Shown here piece by piece: positions 24,897 through 36,424 of a stretch of 64,000 nucleotides of DNA (position 1 is its first letter; each line of letters opens with the position of its first letter). The notes under the pieces are model-generated. The model saw only the letters and a program-made list of their open reading frames with translations, made no database searches and was not told the DNA's origin. Location of the stretch: contig CM106585.1 of assembly GCA_048013815.1 (NCBI GenBank), forward strand, positions 12,028,001 through 12,092,000, written 5' to 3'. The translations under genes were made by a program, and so were the position numbers. Source of the stretch: Setoptus koraiensis. Its lineage: Eukaryota; Animalia; Arthropoda.

Positions 24897-26816
24897 TTAC
24901 ATGTCTATAGTGGGCTCTATACTCTGTTGCTATAGCAGCGTGTTTCGCGTGTTTACAGTGGCGGCGACCAAGGTTGGCGATTGACCTTCATTGATTGTCA
25001 TAATGAATGGTGTATAAATAGAACAGTTCTATTTCATACGTATAGCAACTGTGCGATGGCCACTATCAAACCCAAACATTATGATCGATTGGGGCCCTAG
25101 ATTCGTGAAGCACGCGGAGCTTGCACATGGTTCAATTGTAAAAAATCTAAAGATAGCTGGCCGGACATTGGTGACTAATGAATCTTTATTATATGCCAGG
25201 TTATGTCGTTGATTGATAATCTAGTTACACGTCATTGTGGCTATTTTGAGAAACATGCTGCTAAAAACACTGATGCATTTTTATCGGAACTCACGTGACA
25301 AAACAAAACATAGAAACAAAACGAAAATCGTGCGCAGATAGGTGCTCTGAGCGTTCGGCAAGGTCTAAATGCATATTTCGATTAGATTTGCAAAGGATCA
25401 AGCGCAGTTGCAGCGCGAATTTTGTGCCACAAGACTACTTCATACTTCTATCGCTGATGATGATGAGGCCATCAATTGTAGTTTTGTAAGCCCAAAATTC
25501 ATAAATAGCCTCAATCTTAATCCGTGCGTTTTCGAAGCCTTTATACCATTCACTACCGAACCCATCCCCTTTGCAATCATAAACATGCTCGACCAGAGAA
25601 AGTGGCAAGAAATGAGATCATTTTCAACTAAATGAAACGCCACCAAGACAGTTATTTCACTGATCTAGGTCATTGAAAATACCCGAGATCACTTTCGAAA
25701 ATGGATTAGATCTGCGTTCCAGACTTTTGTGCAAAGTTTGGCCACTCAACTTTCTATCTTAAGTCAAAGTCCAGTTACTCACCAACGCAGTACAATGAGC
25801 AATATAAGTAGATCCAGTGCCGTCACGATTACCCAGTAGTCGATTCTAAGCGGATAAAACCGGACAGTGAGTCACCAATGACCATTATATGGTGTAAACT
25901 CACGAAGTAAACCCTTTTATCGATGGCGTTGATTGCAACAAAGCTCTTACAGTGAATCGACCAGCCATAAGAGGTCCATCGAGAACTCGAAAAACGAATA
26001 TTTTCTTGATAACAATTTTATGAAATAGTTTCTATTGTTTATCCATGCTGATGACCTGTTTACCATCAGCATGCGCCCCATATTTACAAAATTTTGCAAC
26101 AATTTTCAATTGTTTATTTAGTGCGCTTGCCCCGTCCTAGAGTTCAGGTAAATACAGGGATAAGTGCATATTATGAATTTATTTTTTCGACTACATATCT
26201 CGAAAATTAGTCATTTTATGGAAGAGAGAAAGATAATTTCGAGCCCCGGCCCAGAAGCAGGAGAGCTCAAAAAGACTAGTCGGGCAGAAATCGGTGGCAT
26301 GCTCAAGAGATTTACCGTCTCAATGTTTTAGATGAGTTGGCGAGAAATCCGATCGTGGATGTAGAAAAATCAGCATTAGTTGAATACTTAGATTTATAAG
26401 TATCGTGTAGACACGTTATCCCAATCACTGATGAAAAAATCAACTTCAAACAACACACTCACCCTGAAAAGGTTGAGCTGCTCAACTCATTATGGCAAAG
26501 AAAGGGAGGTAAACTTGAGCATAACGATATCAATCAATAGATACAAACAGACAAAGCGTGCACCCCTCTACCACACAATTTCTGGTCGAGAATGTCGGAG
26601 TTTTCAAAGTCAGCAGAATGTCTGACGATCTTTTCGATGAAGTGTCTAGCTTTGAACTGTACTAGCGTATCGATGATGTATGTATCAAGAGTATCTGGTT
26701 GTAATTGCAAACATTCACAGTCAAATCTTGACTTCAAAAATTCGCATAAAAAAGTGGATTGATCTGTCGATCAAACATTTTTCGGAAATATTGATTCGCA
26801 TCTTAAGTGATGAAAA

Positions 26817-27149
26817 ATGGATCTCTTACTCTCGCAGAAACTTCTATGTATTGTAACTTATGTTGCATTGGCGATTTTAGTTCTAGCACCCCAGGAGCAA
26901 TCGGCAAAAAGTGTTTCGGGTAAGCACGGTATCATAAATGAAGACGATTGGAAATGGTTTGATAATGAGAGCGAACGAGACCCCCCTTTTTTTCCCCGGG
27001 AAGGTAATCGGGATTGTTTTCCGGGTTCGAGAAACCGCCAAAGAATGGGGAAAAAACCGGGAGCCAAGAAACAAGACTATGATCCAGATCCAAGTGGTGT
27101 ACCGTTCCCAAGACCACCGCCACGGCCAACACAACAGCCTCCAGAGTGA
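26817..27149 (+). CDS. Small orphan secreted protein (110 aa), Pro/Arg-rich C-terminus
   Basis: ATG in A-rich context, hydrophobic signal-like stretch LLCIVTYVALAILVLA, basic sites GKK/AKK, Pro-rich tail; no recognised domain. Confidence 0.55.
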   Translation: MDLLLSQKLLCIVTYVALAILVLAPQEQSAKSVSGKHGIINEDDWKWFDNESERDPPFFPREGNRDCFPGSRNRQRMGKKPGAKKQDYDPDPSGVPFPRPPPRPTQQPPE

Positions 27150-27763
27150 CCAAACATACCACGCTGTGACCTCATGTCCTGTCGTAAGCGTAAATAAGAT
27201 TATCATGACAGCCATATCGGAATTGTTCAAGGCGCTGCGACAGAAGATAAACAATATTCTCGGTCAGTTTATATTTATATATATATATAATTAATAGGTA
27301 GTAGAGAGCTTTTCGGGGGCGCCATCATTGGTGAACGATTTTTGTTGACAGCGACAGTAAAAATCAAAGGAAATCCAGTATGCAGTAGATTGTATAAAAG
27401 CTGAATAGAATCGAAAGAAGCCGGCAAGCGTGGCATGCTTATTTGGAGTGTGAGCTAGTTTGGCCCATACTATATGAATTATTGAATTATCAACGAAACG
27501 AGCGAAAGACTGCTACGAAAAAGAGAGTCGACATTTTTTAAATCTTTTGCTGAATATCAATTTGATTGCGTTTTGAAAATAATGCAACCTCTTGAACACA
27601 TCTCGCAACTTAAAACAACTGGCGTTAGTTTGTGAGTTGTAGTTTGTCTTGTATTTTCTTTCAGTCGATTCTCTTATGTTAAACTGATATTGTTAGTCGC
27701 ATGTATCATTGGAGCTGCTGTTCTAACCATTGATGATGACTAGAGAAATTGATATGGATTTTA

Positions 27764-29776
27764 TCAGCGTCCCCATCGTCCACGCCGGCGACCGCCGCGT
27801 CTTCGTCGCCTTCTCCGCCATCTACCCCTTTTTCCGCCTTGATTTGCATTGTTTTCCTCGGTTGTTTCCTCGTATTCGTCCACCATATCCAAATTCTCTT
27901 CACCTTCTTCGTCTCCCGCTTCTTCTTCATCATTATCACCTCCATCATCATCGTCGCCCTCTTCAATTATGGTCTCGGTTGTCTCGATAATAGTATGTCC
28001 ATCAGCGTCATTCGGAGCTAGCTGACTAGATACAAGCTCGGTGGTCGATTCGACGGTCGCGTCCTTGTTGCATGAGGAAACTGCTGTGTCAGAGCTGGAA
28101 GTTTGCTGTTGCTGTTGTTGTTGGGGTTGCTGTTGTCCATCACCATTTATGATAATAGTGTGTCCGGGTGTTTCCACTTCATGGTGTTCCTCATTATTGT
28201 GCATCATAACAGTTAACGGTTGCTCACCGGAAGTTGAGTCAGCAGGAGCTTGCTGATTTGCGGTGGTTGAATGTTCATTTGTTGGCTGCTGAGGAACTAG
28301 TTGTGATTGATCTGATTTCGGCGCATCTTTTTCTTCTCGCCCTGCCACCGATGAATGCTCCGAAGGCAGCGATTGGCCATCTTGCGCAATTTTCTGATTG
28401 CCGCCATCGGCAACGGCTTGCTGACCGATCGGTGTTTGATTAGATGAATTCTTTGATGGATTTTGATATGCATTCTGAGGCACACCTTGTTGACTAGAGG
28501 GCTCTTGAGAAACTGTGTTGTCTTGCAGATCAGTCGGCAGGTCAGACTGCTGTTCGAAATTTCCATCTTCATCCTGTTCATTCCACTTGATTAATTCATC
28601 TTGTTCGTTTCCCGAACCAGTATTTGTCTTATTATCGTTTCGGGTTTTGTTGACCGCTTGTTTGTTCTTGCTTTCTAGACTCTCGTAGGTGTCAGTGGAT
28701 TTCGGAGAGCTTTTTATCTGTTTCCGTTTTTTGACTTTTTTGTTGTTCTTTTTTTTGGTCGACTTTCTTTTTGATTGTTTTTCAGGGCCATCTTCTCCAT
28801 TGTTATCTGTTTCGTCCAAATCTGCAGTCCGCATCACCTCTGCAGACTCGTCACTATCAGCATTTTCAGGATCTTCGCTCACAGCCTCGGACACATCAGC
28901 CTGGGGAAATTGATCCCCGTTTGAAGATGAATCTTTAACACTGTTTTTTTGTTTAGATCCGACTTTCTTTGTTTCAATGCCGATGTCATTATTCACCTCT
29001 TGATTACTGATACGAATTTTGTTGTTGCCTATATTTTTAACAATTTCAACATCATTGTTGCCCACTCCATCAATGACTCTCTTCTTGTCATTGCCACTAT
29101 TTTTATTTACATTTGTTTGTTTGTTATTTGATGCATCCGGGGAATTTTCACCCTCTAAATCTGAATCATTTTTGTCATTCTTTACCAGGAGCGTATTTTC
29201 GATTTCTTTCGGCTCATCTTGATGGACACGCTTATCCGTAGAATCAGGTGAGTTTGAGTGATTTCCATCATCTGCTTCATCCACATTAAATGGCTCACTA
29301 TTGTCGTCATCATCTGCCTCTTCTTCATTTGACTCTAAACTAGATGACAAATTTGGATTGTGCCCCTGGTCACTTGCATTACTTTTTTCAGCTGTTTCAC
29401 TAGTATCAGTTTCATCATCGTCATCCACTAACTCGTCCGTTATCTCGTATTCTACTTCTCTGCCATCAGGCAGTGTCTCTCTGACTCGACGCGTAAAACT
29501 CGTCTGATCTCCTCTTAGCAGCTCCTCGGGTACGTCGTGGTGCTGCTCAGTCAGTTCGAACTGATCTCCAGCTTCTAATAATTGTTGCTGAATGGACGAT
29601 CTGGTTATACTCTGATTATCAGATTTTGAGCTGGCCAGTTCACGGATTGATCCTTCCGGCTGAGTGACCTCGTTAAGGAATTCTCTGTGTGATGGTGCGC
29701 AAATCAGTTGTGATGGCCAAAGAATGACCAAAATCACGGTCATGAACGCGAGACGCGCCATGAGTTCTAGCTTCAT
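27764..29776 (-). CDS. Large acidic, low-complexity orphan secreted protein (670 aa from MKLELMAR) with Arg-rich C-terminus
   Basis: 2-kb uninterrupted ORF, signal peptide ARLAFMTVILVILWPSQLICA, D/E/N/S-rich body, Lys-rich patch, tandem TGA TAA stop. The track's start at 29935 is an upstream in-frame extension. Confidence 0.8.
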   Translation of the reverse strand: MKLELMARLAFMTVILVILWPSQLICAPSHREFLNEVTQPEGSIRELASSKSDNQSITRSSIQQQLLEAGDQFELTEQHHDVPEELLRGDQTSFTRRVRETLPDGREVEYEITDELVDDDDETDTSETAEKSNASDQGHNPNLSSSLESNEEEADDDDNSEPFNVDEADDGNHSNSPDSTDKRVHQDEPKEIENTLLVKNDKNDSDLEGENSPDASNNKQTNVNKNSGNDKKRVIDGVGNNDVEIVKNIGNNKIRISNQEVNNDIGIETKKVGSKQKNSVKDSSSNGDQFPQADVSEAVSEDPENADSDESAEVMRTADLDETDNNGEDGPEKQSKRKSTKKKNNKKVKKRKQIKSSPKSTDTYESLESKNKQAVNKTRNDNKTNTGSGNEQDELIKWNEQDEDGNFEQQSDLPTDLQDNTVSQEPSSQQGVPQNAYQNPSKNSSNQTPIGQQAVADGGNQKIAQDGQSLPSEHSSVAGREEKDAPKSDQSQLVPQQPTNEHSTTANQQAPADSTSGEQPLTVMMHNNEEHHEVETPGHTIIINGDGQQQPQQQQQQQTSSSDTAVSSCNKDATVESTTELVSSQLAPNDADGHTIIETTETIIEEGDDDDGGDNDEEEAGDEEGEENLDMVDEYEETTEENNANQGGKRGRWRRRRRRRGGRRRGRWGR

Positions 29777-29998
29777 GTTCAACTGATGATTTGATGAATA
29801 ATTCAATTGTCGAGCAAATATCTGGCAAATATCGCATGTGTTTCCACTAGATAAACAAAATAAAATTCTTGGGTGATGCTGAACTCCGTAGTGATGAGGC
29901 CAGCAAATCTGCTTGTAACGCAGTATGAGATACAAAAATTTTAGCTAGAATCTAAAAATATATTTAGTGTTCACATTTTTGTCATCACTGTATGATTC

Positions 29999-30050
29999 AA
30001 AAACTTTTTCATGCTATCTATGTGACATCATAATCATCTACAGGTGCATT
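29999..30050. promoter_or_regulatory. 52-bp upstream element, copy A (upstream of the 27764-29776 gene)
   Basis: AAAAACTTTTTCATgctatctATGTGaCATCATAATCATCtACAGGTGcATT; 45/52 identical without gaps to 31327-31378. Confidence 0.6.
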
Positions 30051-30332
30051 CCAACAGAAACTCGATACTGGAATCTGCCATTCGTCAGAATTTTGCAGAA
30101 CAGATCAACTACAGGAAAATGTATATGAGAACTGTCTTGCCAGTGGGCTTTATTCGTTTGCCGAGTTTTTTAGTTTTTTCTTCATCATCACAATTTTCGC
30201 TCGAACAAAAATAGGCCATCTATTCGAATGTCTATTTAATTATTATAAATAAACAAGAGGAATCGATCGGGATACTCGAACTCGGAAAAAACCAAAAATT
30301 AATCTTCCAGTGATCATTCCTAACAATTGCCT

Positions 30333-30926
30333 CTAAGAATATACTTCGAGCACCCTAGCGTCTTTTCTTATCATCAAATCGGGACCGCCTTTTATGGGAT
30401 CCTTCTTAATCACGAAATAGTCTTTTGAGCCGTTCTTCACTGCATGAACTTTTGGGCCTGCAGCAGCCTTTAGGTTTCTCATCATTGCAGCAGCCCTGAG
30501 ATAATAAAAGGCTATCGACTCATCTCCACTATCAATCGCTTCTCTTAAATTTTTTAACTCGAGCATTGTATCCGGATTTTCCTGATCCAGCATCTCCAAT
30601 TCTTTCATCCTCTTGGATGCTTGTCTTTGGCGCATTCTTATATTTTTGATATCATCTCTAAAAAGAGCAATTTTGTCTCTAACAAATTCATCAGTGATAC
30701 CAGAATCTGGTTCAATTTTATCGTCATTCGAAGAACCAAAATCATAATCATATTTCAGTCTATCATCATGTTCGTATTGCGATCTATGCGAGGGTAATTT
30801 GGCAATGGAATCAATATCGACCAATCCTTTTTCTACCAACTCATGGAACTTGTAAGGCTCTGCATCGACCAATCCTTGAAGAATGATAACGCAGATCGCC
30901 AGTGAAAATACCCATTGACAAGCCAT
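30333..30926 (-). CDS. Orphan secreted protein (197 aa from MACQW) with central coiled-coil-like segment
   Basis: Signal peptide MACQWVFSLAICVIILQGLVDA|EP; 594-nt intronless ORF; helical charged segment DKIALFRDDIKNIRMRQRQASKRMKELE. Confidence 0.72.
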   Translation of the reverse strand: MACQWVFSLAICVIILQGLVDAEPYKFHELVEKGLVDIDSIAKLPSHRSQYEHDDRLKYDYDFGSSNDDKIEPDSGITDEFVRDKIALFRDDIKNIRMRQRQASKRMKELEMLDQENPDTMLELKNLREAIDSGDESIAFYYLRAAAMMRNLKAAAGPKVHAVKNGSKDYFVIKKDPIKGGPDLMIRKDARVLEVYS

Positions 30927-31326
30927 TCTTGACACACCAATTGATCACTTTGAATTGAATCCAAAGTTTTAATGGTCTTGTAGGTTTTTGAGAGCCCTTG
31001 AATGAATTTGAATACCTTTCGAATGAACTACGAGTGATCCGATACACTGCCTAGATGTACATTTTATCAGATTTCTATCATTATTGAAACTATTAATAGA
31101 TGACTGTTGTTACAAGCTACCGACACGTCACGGTCAACTGATAGCTCGATATACAGTTCAATCGTTCGGCGCAAATGTCGCGAATATCTGATGGGGAAAT
31201 AAATCAAACAACCTAGATGATACTGTTAGCCCATTGATGGAATTGGCCACAGTCGTCGCATCGTCAGACACACAATCTGAGATACCGCCAACGGGTTGAA
31301 GTAGAAAACTGTATCTAGTGTCGGCT

Positions 31327-31378
31327 AAAAACTTTTTCATTGTACATATGTGGCATCATAATCATCCACAGGTGAATT
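31327..31378. promoter_or_regulatory. 52-bp upstream element, copy B (upstream of the 30333-30926 gene)
   Basis: AAAAACTTTTTCATtgtacatATGTGgCATCATAATCATCcACAGGTGaATT; same orientation relative to its gene as copy A. Confidence 0.6.
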
Positions 31379-34300
31379 CTTACGATAAATTCCTTGATCC
31401 ACAGCTGGTGTGATCTTCTATTTTTGAAACTATTGCAACCCAAAAGCATAGGAGAAAGTTTGTCCCGGTTATCGGTATTTTATGAGCCCCCCGCAGTGTG
31501 GAGATATTCAAACGCTTGAAACTTCATCGCAGAAATGCGGTGCTATTCCAGTGAAAATGTATGTAATTCATATCCAGTTTCTCCTTGTTAGCGAGCCTCT
31601 GATGGCAAACATTCAGATGATCGTCGAAACAATTCACAATGATCCCTTGAAATCTCCCTCCACTAGAATGTTACTTTTTGATAAATTTCTCGGATCTCCA
31701 CTTTTCAACTTCTAAATTACCTCTGCGTATAACTCTGTGACAAAATGTTCTCTTCAAATAGTTCAACCGATAAGTTGATTTAAGAGCGTTCGCTCGATAA
31801 AATGAGATTGCGACCCTGAAAAAGTGTGAGATAACTCAAGCCAGAACGCTAATTCGTTATGTCGATTGTTAGTCCTACAATTGAGACTGGCGAAATTGGA
31901 AAGTTGAAAATCAAATAGCTTGTGTATTTCTACTAGATTAAATTCTATTAAATAAAAAATTACTGTTGCTTTTAGCGGTGTTGTTCAGTTTGATAATAAT
32001 GTTATTGGCAATTTCGATTATACCGACAGCTTGATCGGTGAGTTTTCTGAATCTAAGGACTCCGTTCGAAACAAATCAAGATCAGGCTCTCCTTTGTTGG
32101 ATTATTGCAAAATTATGGTCAATGATAATAATCGATTACATTTCTCGCGTCTGTAAGTGGTTTCGTACTATGTCGATACAATGATTTCATATTTTCTTCA
32201 ATTTGGAATACTTTTCGAGTGCGTTGAAAGTTGCCATTTCAACAACAGCAAAGATGACGAGACTGTCTCGCCCTGTAAACTTTACTTTGAGCGATAGAAA
32301 GCATCGTCAATATGAAAATCTCGAGATGATGTTTTTCCCTTCGCCGCTAATGAAATACTCGTTCAATCTACAGATTGTTATGAATTTGTTCACAATTTCA
32401 AGTGGATATTTATTTGAATGAAATCTCTAAACGACTGGCACTCAACCGCCAATTGATGCTCATTGTTTTGCTCTTATAGAGTGGACAACATTTCGAAACA
32501 TTTGCTCTGGAATCTATCAACAGCAACGTTCGTTGCTGAGAATAGAGATGAGGCTCGACAATGTTGCCGGCAGCAATCGGTGGTTTTATTGGTCTTTGTT
32601 GGAGTAGTAATTATCAAGTTTGTTTTTAGACTTACAACCAGAGTTTGGTCAATCGAAATGGCTAACAAATATGTGTAGAGCGTTTTTATTTGTTTCCGCC
32701 ATTGAAACTAGACAACTCAACAGCAACGGCATGTTGCCGTGAGTTGAACTGACAATGACAGTGAAATCGGCTGCACCAACAATTGGCCAGTGCGCAAACA
32801 GAAAGGGAACGAGAAAAGATGACAAGACCGGAACACATTATATAATACAGATAATCAAGATAGGTGGTCAGATGGGGATTGTGCATTCAAGGGATTGTTG
32901 TGCTCACATCCTCAACGGGTATTTTTTTTTCGCTCACAAAATCACGTCGATCTGATAGCGTATAGAAATGTGCATTATTTTCTATCGTAATTTTTACACT
33001 TTGCTGATGATTCTGAACGATAAGTGAGCAAGTTTCGCCATTAACACATTCGCTGCAGCTCCAGTGCATTTCAGTAGTTGAGTTGGCTCACTCGTTAAAT
33101 GAATAATAGTTGTTGTTGTTATCATTATATAATGTGTGTTAGTTGTAATTGCCTTCAATTGTAAGTGGTTTTCAGGTGACTTACAAACGACACAAGTCAG
33201 CAGACAGCTCGTAAACTCGTCATCATTTCACTATCGATGAGTGGCACCGAGTCAATAGAAACAAACAGCCATTGGCAACAAAAACAACAACATTGAATAG
33301 TTGAATGCTCTTGATAGGATTTACAAGAGCCACCTAGCTAGTGATTGCGTCAACAATTCTAGCAAAATTGTTCATTCTAGAACAATTTTCTCTAGAGTTT
33401 TGTCGCTCGTTTCGTCGACATTGTTCATGGGATGACGATGTTCATGTGTTGCCGCCGACTAGATTTTTATCATTATTACCAGTTTTATCAGCGAATAATT
33501 ATGCCTATCATCATAATGTGTTGTCATCAAACGTTGTATGTTTTGTGTGCCATATGAGGGTACGAAATTCAATTGATTTGTATGCATTGTTAGATAACCA
33601 GCCCTGTTACACTGTTAATCTTCTGTCACTTTTTTTTTCTATTTGTCACCTGTCTTGAGCTTGCGATTGTCTGTGTTCGTATCTTCGCAACGTATCCAGC
33701 CCGAAAGACGGCACACTTGTTGCTTGCGTAACACGAATTCAAAAGATAGCTGAATTATCAGTAGCGGCAGCGGCGTTTAATTATCTATATATAATTATAT
33801 TCTGGGGTTGTCATCATATTAGGCAGGCGGCAAATGTTATTCTAGGTTCTAAATTGGTGCTCGCAAACAAACGACGCGTCAAACGCGTGATATAAATGAA
33901 CTTGCGAATGATTTGGTGCAACAATGCTGATAACTTATCAGTGAAAAGTTGCTATATTGATTGGAAAACGAAAGTGTTCATCCCAAAGAATAATATGTTA
34001 ATGTTGTTTTATTGGAGTGTTGATCTGCTAATGATCCCAAAAAGACAAATGAGCGACGGCAAGCGCAAGGTGAGATTCGCTGAAAGATGCGCGAAGCGCT
34101 TCCGAAGAAGCTGTCGATCTTCGACGGATAACAACTATCCGCGGCTCGTCGGATCACACCGACCAAGTGTACATTTTCTACACAGCCCCGAGCATTTTCT
34201 CGCCTGTTTTCGGAACAGCTCAACGCTGGCGCTTGTCGTTCGGCTCGATCAGTAATCATTGACATTCCACGGAAGCTGCGGATATTCTTTCGCTTCGACA

Positions 34301-35617
34301 GCAATAGAGCAAACACTTTTCTTCGAGAGTTGTTCACTGTGAGACTAGCAGCATTGTAATAGCGCGCAAGTGTTTCGAGATTATCTCCGACGGGATGATA
34401 TGCAAATAATCGCATAAATCATCGTGTCAATACAATCAAGCACACAGGCCATAAAGGGCCCAAAATAATAAGAATAATTACAATGTCACTCGAGCGGCAT
34501 TCAGTCGGCTGGCGCGGATATTTTGTTGCCACTTGGATTTGTAGCAAGTTTCGGAGCGGCAGCACAAAATTTCGGAAGTTGCCACCTAACGAGAACAATA
34601 CCGGAACAATCAAGAATCCGGCTCTGCAGCATTTATTGTCGTGCGAACACTATTATTGCCATTCATTAGAGCATGTAGACAGCCAATTGCATGCGCAAAA
34701 TCGATCACTTATCGTCGATAAGTTATCGATGAGCAGGATCAATCAGCGACAAGCCTTGAATATCTTGAAATTTTTCACTATGTTTGTTGCTGTTTCGGTA
34801 ACGAGTTACCGGCGTCTAACAATGAATCATATCGTGTACGCTTTTGAAACACTGTTTTATCTGATGATTGCGTTTATCAGTTTGTTGTTGTTGTTGTTGT
34901 TGTCTTGCTGACACCAAACAACTAACGTGGCACCAACAACCTGTGCAAAGATGCACACGGTGGCTTCATAAGCCGCTAACGGAATCCGGCATCAACAACA
35001 AACAAGCTTCGATTGCGTCGAAACAAAAACACGTTGTTTATGTTCGTTGTGCAAACGTTTTCATTCAACGTTTTTATCTTTGAGATTGTTGCGTTTAATT
35101 AGGAGTTCAATTAACAGGAGAGCTTACGCGTGTTGCGCAACGCGAACCGCAACACGCGGGTAGAAAACAGGTGGCCACGTGCAACCGCACAACCGCTACC
35201 TGTTGCACTTGATATACGCAAAAAGCTCAGAGAGAGCGAGAGTTTCGTCAGCAATGAATCAAAAACAGAACACCCATTAATGATGTTACACAATCATGAC
35301 GCGACTACCTGAACTTACCTGTGTGTTGAGAAGAGAAGCGCCGTTCCCTTGAGTGCTTATGACACAACCTTTGAGATCGGTTCGGCTTCTCTAAACCTTC
35401 GTCGCGATGCTGATGCCACCGCTCGCCGATCTCTCGAATAGAAGCGAAATCTGTGACTCTTCTGCGGGACTGAGCGTTTCGCGATCGGATCGTCCGCGAC
35501 CAGATCGTCTGCGATGCGAAAACACGCCGCCGCCGCCCCAACTTGCAAAGGATCCGCACAAAAGGTCCGTCAAGACTTGACGATCGAGTGCGGCGGTGTG
35601 CAGCGCGAAAAAATCAA

Positions 35618-35671
35618 ATCTCAGCGCACGGATATTTGATCGAAATCCCAGCGCACGGATATTTGATCGGA
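35618..35671 (+). repeat. 27-bp tandem duplication
   Basis: ATC(T/C)CAGCGCACGGATATTTGATCG(A/G)A twice. Confidence 0.7.
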
Positions 35672-36334
35672 ATGCGCCATTCGAAACTGTCGTCCGCGTC
35701 GCCCGATTGGAGCAGAGTTAGATAACAACAATTAGCAGCTAATTAATATTAATATCAATAGCCAGAGATAATAAGCAGTGACAGCAGCGCCGATAGCAAT
35801 TAGCTGCGCCGATGATGAATCGCAGTAATATATATATGTGATGCGTCGAGTTGTCTCGTTTCGGTTTGTTTTAGCATTCGCCTCTTGTCTCGGCTTTCTA
35901 TTAGACAGCCTTTGTGGCTGCTGAACACTGGCTGTGGCAAGAGCTCGCTGCCACTGTTGGCTGCAATTGACTGAACGCCAACAAATACGTTGATAAATAA
36001 ATACAGTAAGAATAGTTGGCTAAATAAAAGCAAGCTCGCTGAGATCATTATTGCTATGCTGGTTGGCGCGCCAAGTTGGCTTCGAGACAACCTGTTGAGC
36101 CCGGCGAACGAAAGCAATAATGATAATAATAATAGTATTGCTATTAGCATTGAGAGCTCACTTTATTCCGATCTCTCATGGCATCAATATAATGCACGGC
36201 AAGCGCTGCCTAGAATAGAGATAAAGAGAGGGAGAGCGAGAGGTGGCGATAACAGGTACAGCCCTCTCTGTATCTCGAGCTTGATATTTGTGTCTGAACT
36301 TGACTTTGCTATCGCGGATTATCCATCGCGCAAA

Positions 36335-36424
36335 TTCGCCGACTCGCTCGCCGACTCGTTCGCCGATTCGTTCGCCGATTCGTTCGCTTCTTCCAGTGGC
36401 TGCCAGTGGCTGCCAGTGGCTGCC
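36335..36424 (+). repeat. Adjacent 12-bp (TTCGCCGATTCG) and 10-bp (CAGTGGCTGC) tandem arrays
   Basis: About 4 and 3 copies visible directly. Confidence 0.7.

Noticed and set aside
27706-27966. Alternative acidic reading frame at the end of the large secreted gene (programmed frameshift)
   Set aside because: No slippery site or stimulatory structure seen; the main frame ends in tandem stops. Kept only as an assembly check.
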